This document shows positions 1 through 9,941 of a stretch of 64,000 nucleotides of DNA, one piece after another. Source of the stretch: Candidatus Obscuribacterales bacterium. Lineage in GTDB: Bacteria > Cyanobacteriota > Vampirovibrionia > Obscuribacterales > Obscuribacteraceae. How positions within the stretch are numbered: the first letter of the stretch is position 1; every line of letters starts with the position of its first letter. The translations under genes and the position numbers were made by a program. The stretch covers positions 704,001 to 768,000 of the forward strand of contig CBDDIJ010000002.1 of the NCBI GenBank assembly GCA_965228855.1, in the 5' to 3' direction. Under the pieces are notes generated by a model. The model did not search any database. It was not told the DNA's origin and saw only the letters and a list, made by a program, of their open reading frames with translations.

Positions 1-1284
1 GAGAAATTTTGGCAGCTTCTGATTGCGCATCAGTTGCCGTTGAATGGGTCGACAAGACAATCACACATATGATTAAAAGTGATAAGTTCTTTGGCATTCT
101 GTCATCATACTGCGTGTGCTGTAGATTCGGCAGATTATCGATCATTCGCCACTATATTTTGGCGCCATTTATACTAGATCTGACAGTAAGTCCCGGAAAT
201 TGTCTTCTACGTCTATGCCTGTAATTGACGGATGAAAAGCCAAGCGGCTGGAAGTCCCAATACTGCTGCGCTGGCTTCCCATGGGTCTAGAGGAATTCCA
301 AAGTAGATTTTTACTCCAATGGAAACCACTGTAAATAGCTCACCGACAGAAACCTTTGAAAGCGCCAAAATCACTGGGATTTGGCCTACCCCAAAATATA
401 AATCAGCGAGCTGTCGCCGAAAACACCTTGAGGCGAAACTCTCGAAAGGGTCGCTTGGTAGCACTTTCGAGAGTTTTACCTCAAAGTGTGAAACATAATT
501 TTTATTATGCGACGCGCTGAAAAGCCAATGGTTGCCTAATTTTCGTCAAGACTTAAGGCCTCCGGAAACAATATCTTCAGTTCATTCGAACATCAGGGTG
601 CGACTCTGTAGATGTCGAAGTTCCTGGCACCTGCGGAGGCTTCAATTAGCTGTCAGTGCCGGGCTCTGAGAAGTCCGCGCCGATCTTCCCACTCCTTGTT
701 CGCGTCAGCGGCTTGATTGACGAAGGCGTCCAAGTTCGCTTTTCGTTTCAAATAGAGCGCGCGCGTTTGACCGTAACCGTAGCTGTCTCTTATCACTATT
801 TCAACGTCCTCAAATCCTGCCTGCCAACCCCGGGATTGTATCGAAAAGATATCCGAAGAGCATGCGCCTGTCAGCAAAAACGATTTCTTAATCAGATCTA
901 GCGCGAGCTCTGAAAATTTGTCGTTGTCAATCGCCGCAAGCCTCGAAACGGTCAGAATTCCGAGTTCTAACCCAAATTCTGAAGAAATTGTCTAGGCGGT
1001 TCAATTTCGGCTTGAAAACGCCGTGTGGGCGCCGAAATTGAGAGCGGTTTCAGTTACATAAAGGCGGATTGGTTTGAAACGGCATGGGGCGACTGAATAG
1101 GTTGACGCTGCTTCTTTCATTCAATTGCTATTCAAGGACCAATACCTCTCGGACATTCGTATCACGTAAGCGTTTCCACTCCCAACCTTCCCGGCATTGT
1201 GCACGGAAGACGAGTAACGCTTGCGCCGAGAGTACCTTGATAGCTGGTTCTCCCCCTGTTGTCACCACCGGCAAGGACATATCT

Positions 1285-1890
1285 ATGGCGAACACACGCA
1301 AGAAAAAGAATCCTAACCAAGCGGGTATCAACCTGCTCTTCGCCCTGGGCTCCAGTCTCGCCCTGGCTCTGATTTTGGGACCACTGCTGTTCTCTGACAA
1401 GAGCACCGTGGGCACCCCTGTCATGTCCACCAACGGTTCGATGATTTCCGACACCATCGGTCGCCTCTCTTCGGCGGACTCGTCCAGCCAGAGGATCAGC
1501 GCCGCGCGCTGGCTCTCGACCCAGGCGTCCGCCAATCCGGAAAGCGTAATTCGGTCGCTCGGCGACTCACTTACGAATGATCCGGACCCGGTCGTCAGAG
1601 CGCAAGCAGCTTCGTCGCTCGGCACTCTCGCGCGGACCGCCCGCGAGAAGCCCACTTCGAATGCATCGCAGGAAAAGCTGATCGCTGAAGTCCTTCAGCG
1701 TCAGTACAGCAAGGAAGCGAGCGACTCCGTTCGCCGCTGTATCATCGGCGCCGCCGCCGAGCTCGATATCGACGACGCCAACGGTCTCGTCGAAAAGGGC
1801 ATCTCGGACAATGATCCCTCTGTGAAGGAAGAAGCACTGCGCGCCCGCGTCGAACGGGAGCAGCGAGCTCAGCTGAAGAAGCTGGGTTAA
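1285..1890 (+). CDS. Membrane-anchored HEAT-repeat protein
   Basis: ATG after AAGGA; N-terminal hydrophobic helix; HEAT-like motifs DPDPVVRAQAASSLG, DSVRRCIIGAA, DNDPSVKEEAL. Confidence 0.8.
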   Translation: MANTRKKKNPNQAGINLLFALGSSLALALILGPLLFSDKSTVGTPVMSTNGSMISDTIGRLSSADSSSQRISAARWLSTQASANPESVIRSLGDSLTNDPDPVVRAQAASSLGTLARTAREKPTSNASQEKLIAEVLQRQYSKEASDSVRRCIIGAAAELDIDDANGLVEKGISDNDPSVKEEALRARVEREQRAQLKKLG

Positions 1891-1978
1891 CGGACCACAA
1901 GCTTCTTGCGGAGACCGCAGCAATTTAGGCTGCGGAAGACTTACTCGCAGTGAACTCAGAAATCTAAGAGGTACGAAG

Positions 1979-2194
1979 ATGACCTGTAACTTTTGCCAGA
2001 AGATGCCCCTTCCGGCCAGCGCCCGTGCGGGCAATTGCTCCAGCTGCTCTGCCAAGACGCCGACGACCGCTCACACTCTCTGCACGACCTGCGCCAAGGC
2101 GCAGTCGCGCTGCAACCGTTGCGGTCGCAGCATGACTGCCAACCCCATGCTGCAGAACGCGTGCGACACCGACAGCTGCGCCTGCATCTTCTAA
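1979..2194 (+). CDS. Small Cys-rich zinc-binding protein (CRIPT-like Cys spacing)
   Basis: RBS GAGG; 71 aa with four CxxC pairs plus a C-terminal C-x4-CxC; followed by a terminator. Confidence 0.8.
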   Translation: MTCNFCQKMPLPASARAGNCSSCSAKTPTTAHTLCTTCAKAQSRCNRCGRSMTANPMLQNACDTDSCACIF

Positions 2195-2259
2195 GCTGAG
2201 CCGGTACTGCCGAGATAGGTAGTCTGGCACCAACAGTCCATCTTCATGCAGAATATCCA

Positions 2260-2315
2260 GGCCGCGTGGCGGATGACGGGGCACCGACCCCTCATCCAGC
2301 CACGCGCCTCTTTCC
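2260..2315 (+). terminator. Intrinsic terminator
   Basis: Stem GCGTGGC-GGATGA...TCATCC-GCCACGC followed by CTCTTTC. Confidence 0.6.
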
Positions 2316-2324
2316 CCGGATCGC

Positions 2325-2749
2325 CTACTATATCCCGGCGTATTAGCAAAATCGAGCAAACCCTGATGCGGTGTTGACTAAGAGCGATAATGCCTACGTT
2401 AGTCTTCACAAAACGCGGGCTTTTGGCTACGCTGCATTGCCGAAATTTGGAGAATCCGTCTATGCACCATAGCCAAGCGGCAGGAAAATTACGAGGTATA
2501 GCCCCAAAGGTCCCATCATTGCTACGTTTCAAGGATAAGGCTTATACTGTCTTTTCTAGTAGCAAAATCAGCGACAGGAAAATTACGAGGTTTAACCCAA
2601 GACACCCATCATTGCTAAGCTTCAGGGACGAAGCTTGTACTGTCTTTTCTAGTAGCAAAATCAGCGGCAGGAAAATTACGAGGTTTAACCCCAAGACACC
2701 CATCATTGCTAAGCTTCAGGGACGAAGCTTGTACTGTCTTTCCTAGTAG
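2325..2749 (+). repeat. Dispersed tripartite element, copy 1 (long arm, core 2423-2476, short arm x3)
   Basis: CTACTATA at 2325; 54-bp dyad core; 93-94-bp tandem units ending CTAGTAG at 2562, 2655 and 2749. Confidence 0.9.
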
Positions 2750-2767
2750 CAGATCGAGAAAGAACGA

Positions 2768-2794
2768 ACCTGGCGGGAGAGTCTCCCGCCAGGT
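2768..2794 (-). terminator. Terminator of sigma factor gene
   Basis: Perfect inverted repeat ACCTGGCGGGAGA-G-TCTCCCGCCAGGT just past the stop codon. Confidence 0.7.
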
Positions 2795-2805
2795 CAGAGA
2801 AATCA

Positions 2806-3639
2806 TCAGCGAACCGCCTGAACACCGGCGACGCGGCCGAGCTTCTGCAGCGCCTTCGCCTCGATCTGGCGGATGCGTTCGCGCGTGAGCTTGAACTGCT
2901 GAGCCAGGTCTTCGAGCGTCTGCGGGTCACCGTCGAGACCGAAGCGGCCGGAGACGATGATGCGCTCGCGCTCGTTCAGCACATCGAGAGACGCCCGAAT
3001 CGCCTTGGCGGTGTCGTCGGACTCGAGACGCTCATGGAAACGCTCGAACGAGCCGTCTTCCATGAGATCCCCAAGTTCCGTCTCACCACTCTCGCCGACG
3101 CGAGTGTTGAGCGACACCTCAATGAGCGCATACTCGGAAAGCTCCCGGATGTCCTTGACGCTCACCTTCATGAGCGCGGCCAGACGTTCCTCCGTCGGCG
3201 CTTCCTGGCTGTCGGCAAGCACCCGGAGCGCCTTCTTCAGACCCGCCAGCAGCTTGCGCTTCGTCGCAGGAATGCGAACGGTCGAGCTGTTGTCGCACGC
3301 ATAGTCCTTGATCGCAGCGCGGACCCAGAACCAGGCGTAGGTCGAGAAGCGAGTGCCGGCGGACAGGTCGAACTTCTCCGCGGCGCGAAGCAGTCCGAGA
3401 TTGCCCTCCTGAATCAGGTCGTCGAGCGGCACGCCGTAGCCCAGAAACTTGCGCGCAACCGGCACCACCATCTTCAGGTGAGCGGTGACGAGCTTGTCGC
3501 GTGCACGAGCGCCGGCGGCACCGCCAGACTGCATACGCGTGACCAACTCCTGCTCCTCTTCGCGGGCAAGAAGCGGGGCGGCGTATGCGCTCCGGAGATA
3601 GCCGTCGAGGTACGACGAAAACGGGTCATTCATAGCCAC
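2806..3639 (-). CDS. Sigma-70 family factor (RpoD/RpoH-like, regions 1.2-4, no region 1.1)
   Basis: DDLIQEGNLGLLRAAEKFD, RFSTYA.W, TRERIRQIEAKALQKL. Confidence 0.95.
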   Translation of the reverse strand: MAMNDPFSSYLDGYLRSAYAAPLLAREEEQELVTRMQSGGAAGARARDKLVTAHLKMVVPVARKFLGYGVPLDDLIQEGNLGLLRAAEKFDLSAGTRFSTYAWFWVRAAIKDYACDNSSTVRIPATKRKLLAGLKKALRVLADSQEAPTEERLAALMKVSVKDIRELSEYALIEVSLNTRVGESGETELGDLMEDGSFERFHERLESDDTAKAIRASLDVLNERERIIVSGRFGLDGDPQTLEDLAQQFKLTRERIRQIEAKALQKLGRVAGVQAVR

Positions 3640-4140
3640 AATTCCTTTCGCAGCAGCGCACCGACCTGAATGAGTCGATACGGAGTTGAAGATTTCGGAA
3701 CCGATGCCTCAAACCGTTCGCCACCACATTCGGTGCCGAACTTTTCCGGAGACAGAGCGCATCATCGAAACCTGACCAACGGACCCAACTGTTTCGCAAT
3801 TCGCAAAAGAAAAACGCGCGATTTAGTTGCAGAACAGAGAATTTAGGTCAGTTGATACCAGGCAACGAGGAATGAAATCGATATCTCCTAAATAACACTT
3901 GAGATCTATATAAAGCACGCTTAACAACTGGATTTACACTTGATTACGTTTCGTACGGCAATCCAAACACTTGCGAGACTCAGCCATTCACGACTTTTCA
4001 AGGCGCAGAAGCAGCACTCACGCAACCTGCGCCAACCCAAGCGGAATCGAGCGTTCGCGCAGTTCGCACAACACAAACATCACTCGCAAATGTTCAGGCT
4101 CTAAACGCCTGTGAGTCAAAATTTCGCCAGAACAGTCCAC

Positions 4141-5337
4141 TTATTGAAGCATTGCCAGCGCAGAAGCGGCGAGCATCGCCGCACCGATTGGGAGCGCGTC
4201 TTCGTTCACATCAAATGTTGCGGTGTGCAAGAAGCGCTCAGAGCCGGGGATTTGCACACCCAGGCAAATAAAGCACGACGGATATTTGTCCGAAAGGAAG
4301 CTGAAGTCCTCGGCACCCATTTTCATCGTAGCCTCGATTATCGCCTCACGGCCGATCATTTCAGTCGCGACTTTCTCGACTATCTCGACGGCTTCCGGAT
4401 GATTTACGACCGCCGGATTCTCGGTAATGTAGTGCAACTCATACGAGCCGCCCATCACCTCCGCGATACGACACGCGTTCTCGAGTTCAGCGCGGACAAC
4501 TTTGTGCGTATCCGCGTGAAAGTAACGCACCGTTCCAGTGAGTTCCACCGAATCGGCGACGATGTTGTTTTTAAACGTATTGCTTCTGATACCACCAATG
4601 GTGACCACTGCCGGGTCCAGGGCCGAAATTCTGCGGGACACGATTGTCTGAATCGCCTGCACAACTTGGCTGGCAACGACAATCGCGTCGACTCCAAGCT
4701 CAGGCCAGGCGGCATGGCAGCCGCGCCCCTGCAACTTTATATTGAAACTGTCACAAGCGGCCAGCAACGGACCAGACTTCAATGCGATCTTGCCGGTTTC
4801 CAATTCAGGAAAAACGTGAAGCGCCACAACTCGCTTGGCGCCTTCGAAGGCGCCGTCGTTGATCATCAAACTAGCACCGCTGAGACCGTCCTTGTTGGTC
4901 GACTCCTCTGCCGGCTGAAATGCGATCCGGATTCGCCCGTTTTTCGGCGGGTCCATGGCAAGCATCTGAGCTGCACCGAGCCCGCATGCGGTATGAACAT
5001 CATGTCCGCAAGCATGCATTACACCTTTGTTCTTCGAACAATACGATTTCTCGTTTGTCTCTTCGATTGGCAGAGCATCCATGTCCGCGCGAATGACGAC
5101 CATGTCGCCCGAGCCTTCGCCGATGTCCACAATAACTCCGGTGCCACCGACGCCTGATTTCGGTTTCAAACCAAACTTTTTCAAAGTCTCGACGACAAAT
5201 TCGGCGGTTTTGTTTTCCTCGAAACTCAGCTCGGGATTGGCGTGAATGTGGCGCCTGTAGCTGAGAAGGTCGTCTTGAATGGCTTTGGCTCGTTCAAGGA
5301 TCGCAGCACTGGAAATCTGTCTGGTCAAACTGGTCAT
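4141..5337 (-). CDS. M20 family amidohydrolase
   Basis: HANPELSFEE, RADMDALP, MHACGHDVH, FQPAEE, MGAEDF. Confidence 0.95.
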   Translation of the reverse strand: MTSLTRQISSAAILERAKAIQDDLLSYRRHIHANPELSFEENKTAEFVVETLKKFGLKPKSGVGGTGVIVDIGEGSGDMVVIRADMDALPIEETNEKSYCSKNKGVMHACGHDVHTACGLGAAQMLAMDPPKNGRIRIAFQPAEESTNKDGLSGASLMINDGAFEGAKRVVALHVFPELETGKIALKSGPLLAACDSFNIKLQGRGCHAAWPELGVDAIVVASQVVQAIQTIVSRRISALDPAVVTIGGIRSNTFKNNIVADSVELTGTVRYFHADTHKVVRAELENACRIAEVMGGSYELHYITENPAVVNHPEAVEIVEKVATEMIGREAIIEATMKMGAEDFSFLSDKYPSCFICLGVQIPGSERFLHTATFDVNEDALPIGAAMLAASALAMLQ

Positions 5338-5545
5338 GTGTTTTCACCCGCGGAACGGCACGATGCAGTGCCGCTTCATGGCGCTGCAAGTCGCCCATTT
5401 TAAACTTTTGCGCATCACTTGTCACCTCATGCGCTCTAAGGTTCCAAACCGGAGAAAAACGAAGCGCCGCTCCAGCACTCAACCTTGGTCACCCAGGTTG
5501 AATTGAAACGACGCTTCGCTCTCTTCTTCTTTTTAAACTGGCAAT

Positions 5546-5737
5546 CTAACTGGCAACAGGGAGCTCTGCCATCTTGTACGAGGAGGATTTAACGGATTCC
5601 TGCCTCGTCCAGATTCCGGCTGAACTGCTAGCGGGCTCGGCTTTTCGCCGCTCGTATTCCAATCGAACATGAAGGGGGTGTTGTTTCACGTAGTCGGAAA
5701 TTCTAGTAAATGAATCGAACTCAACTTTTGCAATCAT
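5546..5737 (-). CDS. Small hypothetical protein
   Basis: 63-aa ORF with ATG; no recognisable motif. Confidence 0.3.
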   Translation of the reverse strand: MIAKVEFDSFTRISDYVKQHPLHVRLEYERRKAEPASSSAGIWTRQESVKSSSYKMAELPVAS

Positions 5738-5876
5738 CTTTGCTCATCTCCGTGGGGTGTTCGAAGCTTGGGCTGTGATGCGATAGTACGATTTCACCGC
5801 CTCTCCGGATATGGAACAAACCGCACAGCATTCTGCGCAAACCCGCAAGGACATGTCTAAAATAGCAAGGACATGT

Positions 5877-6326
5877 CTACTATATTCAAGCGTATTCGCA
5901 AATCCCGGCAAACGCTGACGAAACATGGCTTTTGGACCTACTCACCCGGTCGCCTCGTTCCAAAATCAGCGCTTCGTAACTACTACTATATCCCATCGTA
6001 TTCGCAAATCCCAGCAGATCTAGGCTACATATGACTTTTGGACCTGCACACCCCGTAGCCTCGTTCCAAAATCAGCGATTTGGCTACGCTGGAATGACGG
6101 ATCTGGCGAAAAGTGGCAATCGTACGTAGCCAAATCCAGATCAGGTCAGAGTACCAGATACCCAAAACCCCTGCAGGAAGCCTGCCTTGAGCATAAGGAT
6201 CTCACGACACCTTATAATAGCAAGGATACAGCGTAGCCAAATCCAGATCGAGCCGAGCGCCAGATACCTTAAACCCCTGCGGTGAGCCTGTCTTGAGCAT
6301 AGAGGTATCACGATATTTTATAGTAA
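5877..6326 (+). repeat. Dispersed tripartite element, copy 2 (long arm x2, core 6080-6133, short arm x2)
   Basis: CTACTATA at 5877 and 5983; dyad core; boxes TATAATAG ending 6220 and TATAGTAA ending 6326. Confidence 0.9.
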
Positions 6327-6340
6327 CAAACTTGGGGAGA

Positions 6341-6368
6341 CAGAGGGTTGGACGGTGCCAACCCTCTG
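6341..6368 (-). terminator. Terminator-like hairpin
   Basis: CAGAGGGTTGG-N6-CCAACCCTCTG directly after the stop at 6381. Confidence 0.65.
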
Positions 6369-6380
6369 AGCAAGCAGGTT

Positions 6381-7358
6381 CTAGTTGCCGCCGAGATTCT
6401 TCTGGAGGAAGTTCTGCATCGCAGCCTCGTCGGCGAAGCCGTCAAGTTTGTCGATGACCTTTCCGTCCTTCACGACCGCGATGGCGGGACACTCCTTCGA
6501 GCCCAGCCAGGCGCAGGCGTTGGGCGCCTTGTCCTTCTGGAGGCGAACGAAGCGTGCCTTGTTCGAAAACGTCCCCGCCAGCTTTTCGTAAACCGGAATT
6601 TCCGTGGCACAGTTGACGCATCCACCGGAAACCAGCACAACGACGGTTCCACACTGGCTGCCGACGGTGAGCGGGAAGTCCGAGTCATCGACGACGGTGA
6701 CACCATCGGCAGTGCTCGCCACCTGATGCCGCGTGTCCGTGCTCACCGACTGAACCTCACTGGACGTCATCGCCATGTGATGATGACTGTGTCCGGCGAA
6801 CGCCGCAGGCCACACTGTCATGATCAGCATGACCAGCGACATCATGAAGTGCGCGCCGTCCTGTCCAAAAGAAAGCCACGAGGGCTTCTTGAAGTCGAGA
6901 CTGAGCCGGTAGACGTAGTACGAACCGAACCAGGTCCAGTAGGCGGCGAAGGCGAGCGTCACCAGCCAGTGCTGGATCGGCTGCGCGAACATCCAGTACA
7001 TGCCGAACAGCATGGCGGCGTGCGCGAAGTCGTACCACTGCTTGTTGTACGCGAGCTTGCGACCATAGGTGAAAGCGCGCACCAGATACCAGAGCGTGCC
7101 GATTGTGAACAGCGAGGTCCACACGAACACCGGCACCGGCAGCCACGCAGGCGTGAGGCACGCGGACATGCCGAGCAGACAGGCACCGTGCCAGAATTCG
7201 TTTTCGCCGTCGTAGTAGCCGTTGGCCGTCCGCAGATAGCCGGGGCTCACGAGACGAAACAGATAGAAGAGAGTGCCGCCGAAGAACAACAGCGACAAAG
7301 CGACAGAGACCCAGTCGAAACTCATCGATTGAGTCATCATGTGGTGGTCATGATGCAT
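6381..7358 (-). CDS. His/Met-rich multi-pass membrane protein (DUF5134-like) fused to a thioredoxin domain
   Basis: RBS GGAGA; MHHDHHMM start; TM helices with H..M motifs; C-terminal CVNC thioredoxin fold. Confidence 0.8.
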   Translation of the reverse strand: MHHDHHMMTQSMSFDWVSVALSLLFFGGTLFYLFRLVSPGYLRTANGYYDGENEFWHGACLLGMSACLTPAWLPVPVFVWTSLFTIGTLWYLVRAFTYGRKLAYNKQWYDFAHAAMLFGMYWMFAQPIQHWLVTLAFAAYWTWFGSYYVYRLSLDFKKPSWLSFGQDGAHFMMSLVMLIMTVWPAAFAGHSHHHMAMTSSEVQSVSTDTRHQVASTADGVTVVDDSDFPLTVGSQCGTVVVLVSGGCVNCATEIPVYEKLAGTFSNKARFVRLQKDKAPNACAWLGSKECPAIAVVKDGKVIDKLDGFADEAAMQNFLQKNLGGN

Positions 7359-7758
7359 AGCAAATCTCCATGCGTTTATTGTGAAACCGAGAGAAGCTCC
7401 GCTCCGAATCGACACTCGCGAACTCAGCACGCAAGCAACACCACCGACGAACAACACTCGCTCGCACAAAGTCACGAGAGAGAGTTATCAGAGTCAGCAG
7501 GAGAACGTGCGGTAAGTCGAATGTGTTTCCAGAACGAGAAGTTTGAAAGTCACATTAGCCTACAAATATGAGCCGGCAGAATTGAACTTGAGAACCTCAA
7601 TATCGGCACAAAACCACGGCAATCGCCCCAAAATCCACCAACCTCGCCTAGCGCAGCCAATAATCCCCTTCCCGGGGATACGCTAAGGCCCTCTTCACAG
7701 GGATGAGATGAAGAGGGCCTCAGCAGTGAGCAGCAATGTCGAAGAACCGCCTGCGCGG

Positions 7759-8385
7759 TTACTTCCGAAGTCTTCTCATTCGCGCCAGGTCATTACGCGC
7801 GATTATGATTTGCGAATCGTCTTCCGAATAGGTGTTCTGATACGTGGTTACAGAGCGCAAGTACATCGCCTCTGCCGTCTCGTAATCGCCAAGCATCTCG
7901 TGAACTCGTCCAAGTTTATGCACCACGAAAGCGGCTTGTTCGCTAATTTTGCCGTACGCTTTTTCTTGAATAGCCAAAGCTGGCTCCAGATGCGCTTTTG
8001 CCTCTGTAAACTGATCCAGTTTGTAATTCACAAAAGCCAGTTCGATGAGAACAGGCGCAACTGCTGGATGCTTTTCACCGTAAGATTTCTGGGCAAACAC
8101 AAGAGCCTTTTCCAGTGTTTCAGCCGCTTTCACAACATTATCGTTTCGCAAATAATGGCGAACAAGTTTGTTGTAAACCTCGATTACCGACTCCTTGCTG
8201 GACTTGTCGTTTTGCAATTCGCTCAGACGGCTAATGATGCCTGCTTCAACTTCCGCATCAGCAACAGCTCCGACCGGGATCGTCGTCGTCATCGTGATGC
8301 CGATTTCTCCCGGAGAGAAATCCTCCATCTCGCTTGCGATCGTAGAACTAAAAGTGTTCGTCACGGTGTATCGAGTTTCGGTCAT
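7759..8385 (-). CDS. Tetratricopeptide repeat protein
   Basis: Kinesin-light-chain-like TPRs (YGEKHPAVA, LEPALAIQEKAYG). Confidence 0.85.
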   Translation of the reverse strand: MTETRYTVTNTFSSTIASEMEDFSPGEIGITMTTTIPVGAVADAEVEAGIISRLSELQNDKSSKESVIEVYNKLVRHYLRNDNVVKAAETLEKALVFAQKSYGEKHPAVAPVLIELAFVNYKLDQFTEAKAHLEPALAIQEKAYGKISEQAAFVVHKLGRVHEMLGDYETAEAMYLRSVTTYQNTYSEDDSQIIIARNDLARMRRLRK

Positions 8386-8769
8386 CTTTGTTTCCCACCA
8401 TAAGCTAGTTGTGGAGCCGCTTTCCCAGTGGACTCGCGCCGCGCAATCGATGTTCCGACTGCTAACCGCTCGCGTTCTCCGTCGCAAGTGATATTCGGAG
8501 ATGCAAGGACGACTATCTTGAGATATCCAGCACGAGGATCCTGTGAACCACTTTAAGTTATCTAAAAGTGCTGTCAAGGGACGAGTCTTTTAACCTTCAA
8601 GGGTCAAACAGCAGGCGCTTCGGAAACAAGCACCAACACTGACTTTCCAAAGCTCGCTTTGCAACACCCGCCGGCAATATCAGAGGAATTTAAACTTGCG
8701 CGTTTCGGTTGCCACGGTTGAACAGTTTCTACTCGAACGACTGACCGCAATATCAGTCAAAGACCACAT

Positions 8770-9897
8770 CTACATCTGGCTGGCCGCAAAGTAAGGCGCA
8801 AGGTTCGAAAACGTCTCCACGTCTTTGATAATAGCTTGCGGAATCAGGCTTGGGGACTCTTGTTTGATGCTCGGCATCTTTTTGATGGCAGTGCCAATAG
8901 CGAGCAATTCGATAACGCCGCCGCCTAGATCGTAAACGTAAGTTTTCACACCAACAACGTCCTCAGCACCACAACCAGCCGCGTCTTCCTCAATCATTGA
9001 CAGGGCCTTGATTCTAGCCTGATAGATCAGGTACGTAAGTTCTTTCACCTCGCCTCGAACAAAGCTCTTCAGCATCGCTTTGACACCACCGGCGAAACCA
9101 ACAGAAAAAACCGATACGCCCAAAACCAGCTTCACAGGAACATAGCCGGCGTGAATCACGTTCCACATCTCTTCGTTCGTAAGGTCGCTTGTAATAGGCG
9201 CCTCCGTATACTCGGCGGGCAGACCGGGATGGTGCGAAGCGGTTCCAATCATCAGCATTTCTTGAATGCCTATTAAAGATGAAATCGTAGTTTGAATACC
9301 AAGCACCGCATTCGCTCCAGCTTCACGAGCTTCAGCGGTAATTCTCTCAAGAGCAAGGTGGCGTGTCTTGTTTAGCATATTCGAGTACTCGATTACTTCA
9401 CCACTTTTCAAACTGCGCAGCGCGCCCATGACACCACCGCCGACACCAATTGAGTAGGCGACGTTTCCGAACACAAACTGAACCGGATTGAACCCACAAT
9501 CCAGCTGGCAATACAATTCCTGGCCATTCGCCGACGTGGAGAAGACGTGGTCGTCCGCGTGCGGTTTGTATCCTTTATGATGGATGGTCGAGCCGATAGA
9601 AAGATATTCGATATTCGTGTCATGAAAAATCAGTTGGCTGGTTACGCCAGTGACACCCTCTCCGCCGTGCCGGCGAGCCTCTTCCACCATCCGCATATAA
9701 GACAGTTGCCGGCCCTCGCGAATGATGTGCGTCATCTCGTGCACCTCGCCGCCACCGATCGTCTTCAGACTCGACGCCACACTGCCGACGACACCAAGCG
9801 CAAAAACGCTGTTCCCGACAACAAGATTCCCAGGCTCGAAGCCCTTTTCCCGAAGACAATAAAGTTCGTTTCCTGACAATCCAGTGATAATCGGCAT
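8770..9897 (-). CDS. Heavy-metal-binding YbjQ-like domain protein (three repeats)
   Basis: Three units S..E.....GF.P...V.G.SV...G....GE.......R..A..R...EA...GA..V.G. Confidence 0.85.
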   Translation of the reverse strand: MPIITGLSGNELYCLREKGFEPGNLVVGNSVFALGVVGSVASSLKTIGGGEVHEMTHIIREGRQLSYMRMVEEARRHGGEGVTGVTSQLIFHDTNIEYLSIGSTIHHKGYKPHADDHVFSTSANGQELYCQLDCGFNPVQFVFGNVAYSIGVGGGVMGALRSLKSGEVIEYSNMLNKTRHLALERITAEAREAGANAVLGIQTTISSLIGIQEMLMIGTASHHPGLPAEYTEAPITSDLTNEEMWNVIHAGYVPVKLVLGVSVFSVGFAGGVKAMLKSFVRGEVKELTYLIYQARIKALSMIEEDAAGCGAEDVVGVKTYVYDLGGGVIELLAIGTAIKKMPSIKQESPSLIPQAIIKDVETFSNLAPYFAASQM

Positions 9898-9941
9898 AGT
9901 TAACCTCCTGACGGTTCGGTCAGAAGATCCTACGCCCTTGA

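Noticed and set aside
1..900. Short ORFs 213-464 and 653-877
   Set aside because: Possibly decayed gene fragments in lower-GC DNA, but there is no motif or convincing start to support a call.
2390..2746. ORFs over repeat regions (also 17595-18315 and 60661-60906)
   Set aside because: They are translations of the non-coding tandem element copies, with no RBS or codon bias.
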